Below, piece by piece: positions 18,573 to 27,433 of a stretch of DNA of 64,000 nucleotides. The notes beneath the pieces were generated by a model. The model was not told where the DNA came from, made no database searches, and saw nothing but the letters and a program-made list of their open reading frames with translations. The position numbers and the translations under genes were made by a program. The stretch covers positions 62,001 to 126,000 of the IMG/VR virus record IMGVR_UViG_3300020473_001965. One strand, 5' to 3'. How positions within the stretch are numbered: position 1 is the first letter of the stretch; the number at the start of each line of letters is the position of its first letter.

Positions 18573-18845
18573 TTAAGCTCTCGGTACCGACTTTAAGAAA
18601 TTGTGCACTAACTTGAATGCCTTTTTTAATTCTAGAAATTTCTGAGGTGTCAGCTCACCCGCATCGCGTTGCCTCATTGCTAGCGCAGGAAGGACACTGC
18701 TAAGATCTACAGCTACATCGGACGGGTGTTTCTCGTGCGGCAAGTGGTCGTCCTCGATGTCGCCGGGGCGCGTGTACGCATCAGCAATCAATCTAGCCTG
18801 CTCTTCTTGGATGATTCTTCTAAGTTGTGACTTCTTGATCTTCAT
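18573..18845 (-). CDS. Leader-tagged protein
   Basis: MKIKKSQLRRIIQEEQARLI; start re-called to 18845. Confidence 0.75.
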   Translation of the reverse strand: MKIKKSQLRRIIQEEQARLIADAYTRPGDIEDDHLPHEKHPSDVAVDLSSVLPALAMRQRDAGELTPQKFLELKKAFKLVHNFLKSVPRA

Positions 18846-18853
18846 TTTTCTTC

Positions 18854-18982
18854 CTAGCAACAACTACAAGAGTCGCAACTGCACGTGCAGCATTCGCAGC
18901 ACTTTGATTCTTTCTTGGGCGGACATGTTTCACCGCAATCTTCATCGTGGTGATTCGTGATCTTTTGATCTAAATTTCCCAT
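18854..18982 (-). CDS. 42-aa Cys-rich metallothionein-like protein (not in ORF track)
   Basis: MGNLDQKITNHHDEDCGETCPPKKESKCCECCTCSCDSCSCC*; 11 Cys, purine-rich RBS (AGAGGAAGAGAAAG), fills the gap before the next start. Confidence 0.7.
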   Translation of the reverse strand: MGNLDQKITNHHDEDCGETCPPKKESKCCECCTCSCDSCSCC

Positions 18983-19088
18983 CTTTCTCTTCCTCTACAG
19001 TTAATTGACCGGAGCCCGACGAAAATGGGAGATGTTCCGGTCTCATTTTATTTTAGCGTGGGCTCAGACCTACCAATCCCACGTGATT

Positions 19089-19100
19089 ATAAATATGACG
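19089..19100 (-). promoter_or_regulatory. Class II promoter motif CGTCATATTTAT heading the leader array
   Basis: Matches CGTnATAWTTA. Confidence 0.5.
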
Positions 19101-19205
19101 CAGCAATACTATCGTACCACCCGGGAGAGTAAAAAGTTTCGAACCAGCAAAGAATTTTGGAGGAATCGATACGTCGATTCTGAGAAATTCTGTTGCAACT
19201 CTATC

Positions 19206-19397
19206 TTAATCGCTTGCGTTGTCTTCGAGTTCTTCGTCGTCTGATGATTCATGTCGTGACTCCGGGACGTCATCAAATGCATCTTCTTCAAACATTAGTT
19301 CCTCCAACGCTTTCTTTCTTTCCTCGTCTGCACGATCAGGTAAATTAGACTTTGGGCAACCCATCAACACTAAAGACAGTAAAAACAATAACCTCAT
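19206..19397 (-). CDS. Small acidic lipoprotein
   Basis: MRLLFLLSLVLMGC lipobox; GGAG RBS. Confidence 0.6.
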   Translation of the reverse strand: MRLLFLLSLVLMGCPKSNLPDRADEERKKALEELMFEEDAFDDVPESRHESSDDEELEDNASD

Positions 19398-19545
19398 TGT
19401 ATATCTCCTTGACTTTATACATATCATCTTTGTTGAGGTTATTCTAGACGCCCTGTGTGATTCTCTGTTGTTAACTAAATATCGATACCAAGAAGGTATC
19501 ATATGACTTAACAAAGACGTCTGTGATTCATCTGTGTCCCCCTGA

Positions 19546-19785
19546 TTAATCTATCTTCACAAGGTCATCTTCCTCCAAGAATAAAGAATAACCACATGAA
19601 AATCCTACAAGGCACATTCCCGGTGATGACTTCACATCTCCAAATATTTCTAGGACCAATCCTATGTCTTTCGAATTTTGACTAGAGTAATCATGGTTTA
19701 TGTTTGTAAAAACAAGATCGCCCACACTTAGGTAAAAACCTTCGGTGGGCTTTAAGATATTAGATTGATATCGGCGGATTGACAA
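19546..19785 (-). CDS. Small SH3-like protein
   Basis: SVGDLVF...GLVLEI. Confidence 0.5.
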   Translation of the reverse strand: MSIRRYQSNILKPTEGFYLSVGDLVFTNINHDYSSQNSKDIGLVLEIFGDVKSSPGMCLVGFSCGYSLFLEEDDLVKID

Positions 19786-19815
19786 ATCATTTTCCTCCGG
19801 GACTCAATTTAATTA

Positions 19816-20373
19816 TTAAACATTCTCTAATTTTTCAGGATCTAGCAGCTCAACACCTGAGCACTTGTACCGAATATATGGATCAGTTCCCGGTGCCCAT
19901 TCTTCTGGCATTGTTGTTCGATACCTCTTGTCAATAAGAAGAGCCTCATCTCTCGTAATGACAGCTGCGTGGAGATTGTCCTCAAGAATCTCTGAAACTG
20001 CCTCCCACGAACCGCCCCTTACAGCGGCATCTTGAAAAAGAAGATTTCTCAAAAGTGCCAGAGGAACAACATGTTCATGTCGAAGACCTGTAATCTTTCT
20101 TCTGCTTCGCGTGCCCTTGTTTTCAATTAAAGCCCTAGCAGCCCTGCTGTGTTTATGATGTCGTTCTGAGTACTTTACGGCATCGTAACCTTGCTGATCG
20201 GGTGAATCGCAAGTAAACGCCCAAAAATAATGTTTTAGATCTCCACGCTCTCGATCGAGTCTTATGTCATACTTTTCTTCATACTCAACAATAAACTTAA
20301 TTGCATTTGCAATTCGCTTACATCTTTCGATTGCTAAAGGATGGCTAGATAGATAGTTTCCAATTTTCTTCAT
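19816..20373 (-). CDS. Hypothetical protein, possible His-Me (HNH-like) nuclease
   Basis: LRHEHVVP...VITRDE...MPEEW...RY..GV. Confidence 0.45.
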   Translation of the reverse strand: MKKIGNYLSSHPLAIERCKRIANAIKFIVEYEEKYDIRLDRERGDLKHYFWAFTCDSPDQQGYDAVKYSERHHKHSRAARALIENKGTRSRRKITGLRHEHVVPLALLRNLLFQDAAVRGGSWEAVSEILEDNLHAAVITRDEALLIDKRYRTTMPEEWAPGTDPYIRYKCSGVELLDPEKLENV

Positions 20374-20378
20374 AATGT

Positions 20379-20594
20379 TTAAACTCGCTCAATAGATGAC
20401 GAAGACCACTCTGACATAGTATTGTCTGGCCAGCGGACTAGATAACTGTAAGGCACGGCCTTTGAAAGCTTCCCTACTGTCTTCTCCACTTTGACAATAA
20501 TGCCCACGCCTTCGGGTACATCTTTGTCTAGTCGCTTGATCGCTCTCACTAAGTCGCCCTCTAAGTATTTTGGCTGATCTTTAAACATGAACAC
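20379..20594 (-). CDS. Small SH3-like protein
   Basis: EGDLVRA...GIIVKV...YLVRWPD. Confidence 0.55.
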   Translation of the reverse strand: MFMFKDQPKYLEGDLVRAIKRLDKDVPEGVGIIVKVEKTVGKLSKAVPYSYLVRWPDNTMSEWSSSSIERV

Positions 20595-20603
20595 CTCATT
20601 AAT

Positions 20604-20632
20604 ATTATAAACAGTGCAGAGGAACGTTACAC
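20604..20632 (-). promoter_or_regulatory. Class I promoter GTGTAA-N17-TATAAT
   Basis: Read directly from sequence. Confidence 0.65.
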
Positions 20633-20883
20633 TCTATTTGCCTATTAGCAAAAGCAGCGCCCGTCTTTGTCACTGAATCTGAGTGCACATCAAAGATCTC
20701 TTCGGTGTCTACTAGCATGATCTTTATGCCTATAGAAAAAGGCAGCTCGTCGCCTGTTAGCCGAAGTCGCTCTGCGTCCTCTATAGAAATTGGATCCGCA
20801 ACTAGAACGTTCTCTTCCAAAATGTAAGCGATGTGTTCGTCACACCAGACAACGGTGTCGCCGGCTTTGAGTCTATTGGTCAT
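20605..20883 (-). CDS. Small SH3-like protein
   Basis: LKAGDTVVW; GGAG RBS. Confidence 0.5.
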   Translation of the reverse strand: MTNRLKAGDTVVWCDEHIAYILEENVLVADPISIEDAERLRLTGDELPFSIGIKIMLVDTEEIFDVHSDSVTKTGAAFANRQIECNVPLHCL

Positions 20884-21088
20884 TTTTCTCTCCTATTTTT
20901 TTTAAGCTCCAGTAAGGTTCCTCAAACTCTAAAACTTTGCCGTTAGACAGAACTTGATAAACACGATACCATTCGTCGCTGTCGAGTATTTTCTTAACTG
21001 ACAGCAGGATACCCGTAGTGTGATAGTCTACTCTTGGATCTCTAGGGTCATAAACCTCTACAAGCGATCCTATGACAAGTTTTTCAAT
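20873..21088 (-). CDS. 71-aa SH3-like protein with probable ATT start (not in ORF track)
   Basis: GGAGG-5nt-ATT overlapping the previous TGA; (M)EKLVIGSLVEVYD...GILL...YQVL.NG. Confidence 0.5.
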   Translation of the reverse strand: MEKLVIGSLVEVYDPRDPRVDYHTTGILLSVKKILDSDEWYRVYQVLSNGKVLEFEEPYWSLKKIGEKNDQ

Positions 21089-21299
21089 CGCTTCCTCCCG
21101 GGCATCTATTTAATAAAAGTACTGAACGCACGGGACGTGTATAAAACTTTCCATTACGCATGATCACTACGTGATTTCTTTGCTTGGAAACAATTATACC
21201 TGTCAATAAAACGCGATGCTCGAAGCAGTCAACAGACTTTGCGCTAGGTATATTATCAGGCTCCCAAAATCTCACCAAACTACCGATGTTCTTCATCAT
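21084..21299 (-). CDS. Small SH3-like protein
   Basis: NIGSLVRF...GIIVS. Confidence 0.5.
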   Translation of the reverse strand: MMKNIGSLVRFWEPDNIPSAKSVDCFEHRVLLTGIIVSKQRNHVVIMRNGKFYTRPVRSVLLLNRCPGGSD

Positions 21300-21534
21300 C
21301 TCCCCCTACAGGCTGAAAATGTCCTGGCTTTACCCATCTCGTTGTCCAGCTTCCATTTACGCTTAAAACTCTTGCTTGAATCGGAAGCTCTGTACCTGAC
21401 CATGTCACTCTTATTCTATGATGATAATCATCATCGACAGCAGTCTCGTCAACTACGATACCTAACGGTCCGGAAGCACCTGTCTTGCCCCAGCCCTTAT
21501 ACCTTACAAGATCTCCTACGCGTAACTTCTTCAT
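21280..21534 (-). CDS. Small SH3-like protein
   Basis: MKKLRVGDLVRY...GIVV...RVTW; start re-called. Confidence 0.55.
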   Translation of the reverse strand: MKKLRVGDLVRYKGWGKTGASGPLGIVVDETAVDDDYHHRIRVTWSGTELPIQARVLSVNGSWTTRWVKPGHFQPVGGDDEEHR

Positions 21535-21778
21535 AATCAATGTATTCTTCTTTCTTTTTTCTTGACAGTTTTTTAAAAGCTGACTCTGCAATCTGAGCTT
21601 TCGATCTATTTTCATGCGTTTCAAAATAAATCACCGAAACAGGCGTCCTGGGCCTTGTATATTTTGCGCCTGTTCCGCTGTTGTGTTCGCGAGTTCTTCT
21701 AACAATCTCAGTGGTTACACCACAATAGAAAGACCCGTCGGAACATTCCAAAACATACATCTTCCAGGAGTCACTCAT
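21497..21778 (-). CDS. GIY-YIG nuclease (UPF0213-like)
   Basis: MYVLECSDGSFYCG.T....RR..EHNSG.GAKYTR.R.PV. Confidence 0.85.
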   Translation of the reverse strand: MSDSWKMYVLECSDGSFYCGVTTEIVRRTREHNSGTGAKYTRPRTPVSVIYFETHENRSKAQIAESAFKKLSRKKKEEYIDYEEVTRRRSCKV

Positions 21779-23007
21779 CGATCATTCCTAAAACACACGA
21801 ACGTTGGAAATCGTAAAGATCCGTCTGGGGTCACTTCTTGATATCTCACTTCAATCATTCTCCCTACAAATTCTTCTTTATTCGACCAGATCGATGTCCT
21901 CAACTCATCAGAAAAGCCCGACCCTACCTGAACATCGACTCCCTTGTAGTTCACAACAACAGAGCCTAGTTTGCCAGAATGTTTTCCTGTTCCTTCAAGA
22001 AGTGACTGTATTGTCAAATCTACATCGTGGAAAGCTTTTAGCTTCATTACCTCAAAGCCCCTACCAAACTTATAGGGTGCGTCAAGAAACTTTACCATTG
22101 CACCCTCGTAACCCTCTTTCACATAATAATCATGCTGATCTTTTATCTCATCATAAACAGCATCAACAGTGGTTCTCTCCACGGGCTGAACCATTTCGAG
22201 GTCGATAGCGCTCTCTGCCAGACGGTCGAGCAGTGCTTCATATCTAGACTCACTAGGCATTGTTGACTTCTTAGATCTCCATTCTGACAAGGGCAAGAAA
22301 TCAAATAAAGCAAGATAAGTCCCGGACGTATCTTTGTCTTCTTTTCTATACGCTTGACGCATTAGAGAGATGAAGTCAGAACCCATTAGCTCGCCATCAT
22401 AACATCCGTCGCCTAGTTTTAAGAGTTCAGGTGCAATCGTCTGACTGAAGTTTGTGATCAACTTTCCAGATCTTGCGTACATCTTTACATCATTGTTTTC
22501 AACAATACAAAAACATCGAATACCATCTAGCTTGGGTTCAATTGCGACGCTATCCTGATCTTTCAATCTTTTCATGTCAAACTTTTGTGCCAGCGAAACT
22601 TCAAACGTAGAAATAAGCCCAGGATAAACGCTGTTTATTGTCTTGACTGATGCTCCTATTGCCAAATGTTTCTTGAGAATTTTTCTCATCCACACTTCTT
22701 CTTCTTTCGTGACTACACAAAAAGCTGATCTTATGGTTTCAATGGCCGCATTTCCCGTTACTTCTCTAGAAATACATCTGTCTACTGCGGTGAAAAAAGA
22801 GTCCCATCGATCTGCCTCAGACATTGCGATCGTCTTGTCGGACTCTTTGACTCTTGGGACCTTTACAACATTAAACACAATAAAAGGGTCGAAGCTATAG
22901 ACAAAAATCTTCTTGAGCAGATCATTGCTATCATTCTCCAGAAGAATCGACTTCTTAAGATTAGACCCGGAGGAACTTTTAATTTGTTCTAGTATTTCTA
23001 CAATCAT
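21775..23007 (-). CDS. ATP-dependent DNA ligase (T4-like)
   Basis: EPKLDGIRC, DGEL, EGAMVK, KLK, VGSGFSD, SLRFPTF..FR.D. Confidence 0.93.
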   Translation of the reverse strand: MIVEILEQIKSSSGSNLKKSILLENDSNDLLKKIFVYSFDPFIVFNVVKVPRVKESDKTIAMSEADRWDSFFTAVDRCISREVTGNAAIETIRSAFCVVTKEEEVWMRKILKKHLAIGASVKTINSVYPGLISTFEVSLAQKFDMKRLKDQDSVAIEPKLDGIRCFCIVENNDVKMYARSGKLITNFSQTIAPELLKLGDGCYDGELMGSDFISLMRQAYRKEDKDTSGTYLALFDFLPLSEWRSKKSTMPSESRYEALLDRLAESAIDLEMVQPVERTTVDAVYDEIKDQHDYYVKEGYEGAMVKFLDAPYKFGRGFEVMKLKAFHDVDLTIQSLLEGTGKHSGKLGSVVVNYKGVDVQVGSGFSDELRTSIWSNKEEFVGRMIEVRYQEVTPDGSLRFPTFVCFRNDR

Positions 23008-23008
23008 C

Positions 23009-23230
23009 TTATTTTGGTTGAAAGTCAGGCATCGTCAAATCAACTGTCTCTACCTGTTCAAGCGAAGAGATCATGTCTTTTAACCTTAGCTTTAAAACTT
23101 TCAGCTCTTTCAATTGTTGATGCTCTCTAGGGGAGATGTGCCTTATTGATGACAGCTCATCTACCCGCTTGTTTATCTGAGCATGTCGCTCTTTCAAAAT
23201 GTCTATTCTTGTCACTGATTTCTCTCTCAT
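23009..23230 (-). CDS. DUF465/YdcH-like coiled-coil protein
   Basis: LKERHAQI..RVDEL...LKELK.LKLRLKDMI. Confidence 0.6.
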   Translation of the reverse strand: MREKSVTRIDILKERHAQINKRVDELSSIRHISPREHQQLKELKVLKLRLKDMISSLEQVETVDLTMPDFQPK

Positions 23231-23519
23231 TTACTTCCTCTAACCAACGAATGTCCTTTCCTAAAACCTTGCACACTTCACCATTTATCAAGAACTGATA
23301 GTGGGTATGAGTGCCTCCTAGATTCATATCTGTTACCTTTCTACCTAAGTATACACCGCTTTTGTAGCTATTTACATTATCTTTTACAACCCAAGCGATT
23401 GGTATTTCTGTTACCGGGGAGCCAGGAAGAAAGAGCCACGTCTCATAGTTTATAAAAAAATACCTCCCGGGGACTGTCTTTACCAACAAACCGGGCCTTA
23501 GATCAGAAACTAACATCAT
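23157..23519 (-). CDS. SH3-like hypothetical protein
   Basis: DLRPGLLVK...GVYLG...YQFLING. Confidence 0.45.
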   Translation of the reverse strand: MMLVSDLRPGLLVKTVPGRYFFINYETWLFLPGSPVTEIPIAWVVKDNVNSYKSGVYLGRKVTDMNLGGTHTHYQFLINGEVCKVLGKDIRWLEEVNEREISDKNRHFERATCSDKQAGR

Positions 23520-23530
23520 TAATACTACAG

Positions 23531-23752
23531 CTATAGATCTACACGATAAACATCGCAAACGCTTGTATACTTGTCTATATACCCTTTCGATCCGTCGGGC
23601 CATAAAACTATCAAATACGCTTTATCCACACCGTTCAGATCAACACAATTTCTTTCTGCTACAACCAACCCTACTGTATCTTCGACAGCGCCTACGTCGT
23701 CTATTACATCTGGCTTGTAACGTACGAGATCACCTACATTGATTGATTCCAT
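23531..23752 (-). CDS. Small SH3-like protein
   Basis: NVGDLVRY...GLVV...VLWPDG. Confidence 0.55.
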   Translation of the reverse strand: MESINVGDLVRYKPDVIDDVGAVEDTVGLVVAERNCVDLNGVDKAYLIVLWPDGSKGYIDKYTSVCDVYRVDL

Positions 23753-24641
23753 ACATACTATATATGGATGTATATCGTTCGCCTCTATCACACAGCATTG
23801 TTACGACGATACCATCGGGCTGAGATTGCTGCACATATTTCTCAGCAGCCAAAACATTAGCACCTGAAGATATCCCTACTAGCAAGCCGTGCTTACTAGA
23901 CAATTCTATGGATTTCTTTATTGCCAGCTGCGTCTCTATTTTTATTTCTTGATGTATTGCTGATTTGTCTAATAGAAAATCGGCGCCGTCGTTTACACCC
24001 TGAATGCCGTGGGATTTGTTTCCCTCAGCCGGGCTCATCAAAACTATCTTAGTTGTCAATCCTGCATCGCAGAGATATTCTTGAACACCACGTATTGTCC
24101 CACCTGTGCCGGCTCCTGAGACAAATGCGCTCCATGATCCGTGAGGAATGACTTGTTTGTGTATCTCAGGTGCTGTCTGTGTTTTGTGACATTCTACGTT
24201 TAGTAAGTTTTCAAACTGCGACGGCGTCCAAAAATTGGGATTTGAAGAACATATCTCATCTCTTAGCTGAATGGCTGCTGCGAAATCGCTGGGGCCTACT
24301 TCAACTACTTTGGCGCCATACAGGCGCATCATTACTTTTCTCTCTTCACTCATATTTGACGGCATAACAATCAGAACATCTAGACCGAGAGAAGCGCCAA
24401 ACATAGACAGCGCGATGCCAGTGTTTCCAGATGTTGCTTCAACAAGCGTCGATTCAGAGTTTATCTTTCCAGAATTAATCGCTTCGTTTACAAGATATGA
24501 TATCATCCTATCTTTGACTGAACCTGAAGGGTTGTATGTCTCTAGTTTTGCATAGATCTTGTCTGTCAGCTTAACTAAGGGTGTGTTACCTACTAGGCTC
24601 TTTAAGCTCTGGTATTCTTGCGTCGTTTCTGTTGTTTTCAT
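23730..24641 (-). CDS. cysK: Cysteine synthase (PLP-dependent O-acetylserine sulfhydrylase family)
   Basis: GNTPLV, KLE.YNPSGSVKDR, EATSGNTG, GAGTGGT, GISSGAN, CDRGERY. Confidence 0.88.
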   Translation of the reverse strand: MKTTETTQEYQSLKSLVGNTPLVKLTDKIYAKLETYNPSGSVKDRMISYLVNEAINSGKINSESTLVEATSGNTGIALSMFGASLGLDVLIVMPSNMSEERKVMMRLYGAKVVEVGPSDFAAAIQLRDEICSSNPNFWTPSQFENLLNVECHKTQTAPEIHKQVIPHGSWSAFVSGAGTGGTIRGVQEYLCDAGLTTKIVLMSPAEGNKSHGIQGVNDGADFLLDKSAIHQEIKIETQLAIKKSIELSSKHGLLVGISSGANVLAAEKYVQQSQPDGIVVTMLCDRGERYTSIYSMYGINQCR

Positions 24642-24803
24642 TTTCTAAACTATAGTTGTACATGTTTTGACCTATTACATTGTTAGCTTTTTGTATGTGC
24701 CCAGCAGCGCCAGATTTTATTAACACATATATAAACAGCATTGCTGCTGATAGAGCTGAACAAATTGCTACCTCTAACAAGTGAGCGTCTTTAACCATAT
24801 AAA

Positions 24804-26525
24804 CTAATTATCATCTAGAACCTCTTGTTCATAAAACACTGCCAAATCTTTTAGTTCTTTTTCGTAGTTGAAGTTTGATCGAACTTCTGCTTCAAAACAG
24901 AGACTATCAATCTCAACAAGCGTATCGTAACAATCAATTGACGACATAGAAATTGCAGATCTAATCTCATCTGAAAGATCTTCGAGTACTTCGTGAATAG
25001 ATTCTAACGATAAGTTTCGTACTTTTTTTGAGGCTTCTATTATCTTATTTTTCACACCTTGCTTGATGCTTTCTTCACTTGATTCTAATTCAAAATTGTC
25101 ACTAATTTCTATAGTTTGCATGGAAAAAATTTACTCCTGATCCTTTTTTGATTCCAGCTATTTCAAAACATACTATTAATTCTTCGTATGTCTTTAGGCC
25201 GCAAGACTCGATGACGTCATAATTTACATAAGTAAAATCTTCTCCGTCGATACTGAGCCCGCATTTTTTTATCATTTTCTCATATGTCTTTGTACTTCTT
25301 GTCCAAACACAAAAGTACCTAATCGTTTTAAATTCCTTCGTCTTTTCATCTACATCGTCTTCGTGAATATTGAGGGTATCTGAAACAACAGCCCGAACAA
25401 TAAGCTTGTTAAACCATACATCGACGCCAAGTTCATCATCGATGACCAACCTGTTCTTGTTGTTTTTGCGTATAACCGCGCCGGATTTTTTTCTGATAAT
25501 CAGGGACATGTACCATCTTAAATATCTGCTGAACCCGTAATATTTGTACCGTTGTCTAAATTATAACCATCTAAAAGTTCTCTATGCGTGAGCTGAAACA
25601 TGTTCCCCGCGCTGAAGATTGCATTCCCCATCATCACAGCGTTCTGAGCTAATGTCATCAGCATTGTCATTCTCTGAACTCTTTCAGTCATCTCTAGACA
25701 AAGTGTTTCAGTTTTAAAATTTTCCAAACCCGTCTCTGGATTTTCTCCCATGGGCATCAACCTGTTGACAATTTCATCATATATGAGGTCTGTACTAGCA
25801 TGATAAATAGCGTTTGCCTCCATTATGTCTTTAGCTGTCATGTTCTCTTTGCCTTCAGGCAGATTCAACTGTTTGATTTGTGCTATTGACATGATTACTC
25901 CTTAGCCTTGTCACTGTCGTCAGCCTTAGATTTATCCTCAGCCTTAGCCTTCTCTTTCTTTTCTTCTTCAATTGCTTCGACTTTTGTCTTTATCTTGTCT
26001 GAAACAATTGAAAGTATTTCTGATTTGTGTGCATGTTGAAGCGCATCGACAAACTCCAACTGATCTTCGTCTAATTCTCTTAGATTGTCAAGCCACTTAT
26101 TAGAGAGCGCAATATTTTGCTGCGCAGCTTCAGAGTTTTCATATGTTTCAAAAAAATCAAAGTCTTTATGCTCTTCGCTTTCTCTATAGGCGAGGACTTC
26201 TTTTAGCGGCACTGGCTTATAACTGAACCCAAGCGAATCATCTCTTACATTCTTCAAGTTTTCGAGCACATAACCAGCGACATCTTGCGACTTTAGCATA
26301 GAAACATTGTGCAAAAACTCTGAGAGCCCTAATTTATAATTTGAATCTGGCATTATCAAACTTTAGCAGGTAGAGAATCTCTGGAACACAAAATAAGTTC
26401 AACAGCAAAAAGAGTGAAAACCATCCGGTGTCTCTATTTCTCGCTGACCTCCACATTGCGTACCCTTTAACAGGTATGGTTAGCCACATTGTCCACTCAG
26501 GCAGTTGAGCTATATCAAAAACCAT
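24804..26525 (-). other. Run of five hypothetical ORFs (24804-25121, 25102-25509, 25518-25892, 25895-26359, 26334-26525)
   Basis: Tightly packed co-oriented ORFs with no recognisable motifs; the last is a small membrane protein. Confidence 0.55.
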
Positions 26526-26526
26526 G

Positions 26527-26994
26527 CTAAATTTTTATCCTATTTAAAACAGGTGTATAATCAAAATAAATCTCGCGATGAAATTTCTTTAGAACTTTTT
26601 TTGTTACATCTAGAATGATATCCTGATTTACTTTTCCCTTCAAAAGTTTTTCAACTTCTTTGGTCACCTTTGGTTCTATCTCATCTTTATAGTATCTTCC
26701 CATCTCAGATCTTGCGAGTCTTCTAACCTCTTCTTTGTCTGTTTTTGTCAGAGCCTCAACAAGGGTGTACTCCTTGACGTAAGTGCGCAAGATCACTTCA
26801 GATTCTATTAGCTTCATCGCTTTTAGATAGTCAGAGATTTGAACATTGACTGGGATTTCTTTTCCGTTCTTTTTAAAACTTAAGTTTGACAGCGCTTTTA
26901 TTTCTCTATCTAAAAATAGATTCTTGTCATTGCCCGGCATATACGACTCGTCTGGATGACTGCCAGCTACTTTTGATTTTTTTGACTTAGGCAT
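26527..26994 (-). CDS. Hypothetical protein with internal leader-like helix
   Basis: LIESEVILRTYVKEYTLVE; ATAATTA 5 nt before the ATG. Confidence 0.6.
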   Translation of the reverse strand: MPKSKKSKVAGSHPDESYMPGNDKNLFLDREIKALSNLSFKKNGKEIPVNVQISDYLKAMKLIESEVILRTYVKEYTLVEALTKTDKEEVRRLARSEMGRYYKDEIEPKVTKEVEKLLKGKVNQDIILDVTKKVLKKFHREIYFDYTPVLNRIKI

Positions 26995-27002
26995 AATGGT
27001 AA

Positions 27003-27407
27003 TTATTCTTTAGTATTATATTTATCTCTCACTTTGTCAGAAACAGGAATTGCTTCACCATCGCCATCGATTCTAACAAACGTCATCTCTGTAGTCAGGA
27101 CTGTCTTTTGAGAGCCATTATAAACGCTATGTCTCCTCGCCTCTAATTTAATCGTAATAGACCTTGTTCCTACGCGGTCGACTTCACCGTAGATTTTGAT
27201 GATCTGACCTGGTCTTACGGGCTTATTAAAGACAACCTCTGATATCTTTTTTGTTACCATTCTGGGTGTGTCACAAGCCTGGCATGCGAATGCTGCTCCA
27301 GCTTCATCAAGCCAAGCGAGCATCGTCCCGCCGAATAGATTACCGTGATAACCTACATTAGCAGCTTTGCAAAAATGTGTAGAAATTAATTCCATTTCTA
27401 AGAGCAC
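27003..27407 (-). CDS. Acyl-CoA thioesterase (hotdog fold)
   Basis: GNLFGG.ML.WLDEAG, F.KPV.PG, VG.RS, TFV.ID.DG. Confidence 0.85.
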   Translation of the reverse strand: MLLEMELISTHFCKAANVGYHGNLFGGTMLAWLDEAGAAFACQACDTPRMVTKKISEVVFNKPVRPGQIIKIYGEVDRVGTRSITIKLEARRHSVYNGSQKTVLTTEMTFVRIDGDGEAIPVSDKVRDKYNTKE

Positions 27408-27433
27408 CCTTTTCCAAGATACGTATAAAAGTT

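Larger units (their letters stand above)
18039..18845. repeat. Three 45-bp near-identical direct repeats (18039-18083, 18246-18290, 18801-18845) encoding the leader
   Basis: Pairwise 42-43 of 45 nt identical; looser copies at 16181-16216 and 16586-16627. Confidence 0.9.

Noticed and set aside
18039-18845. 45-bp repeats as a CRISPR array
   Set aside because: Spacing is irregular (about 160 and 510 nt), the repeats are in-frame coding sequence at gene starts, and no cas genes are visible.
19040-19085. preQ1-I riboswitch (hairpin plus A-rich tail, with a QueF homologue in the window)
   Set aside because: Loop length and sequence do not match the preQ1-I consensus as I recall it and the downstream gene is unrelated; kept only as a generic structured RNA.
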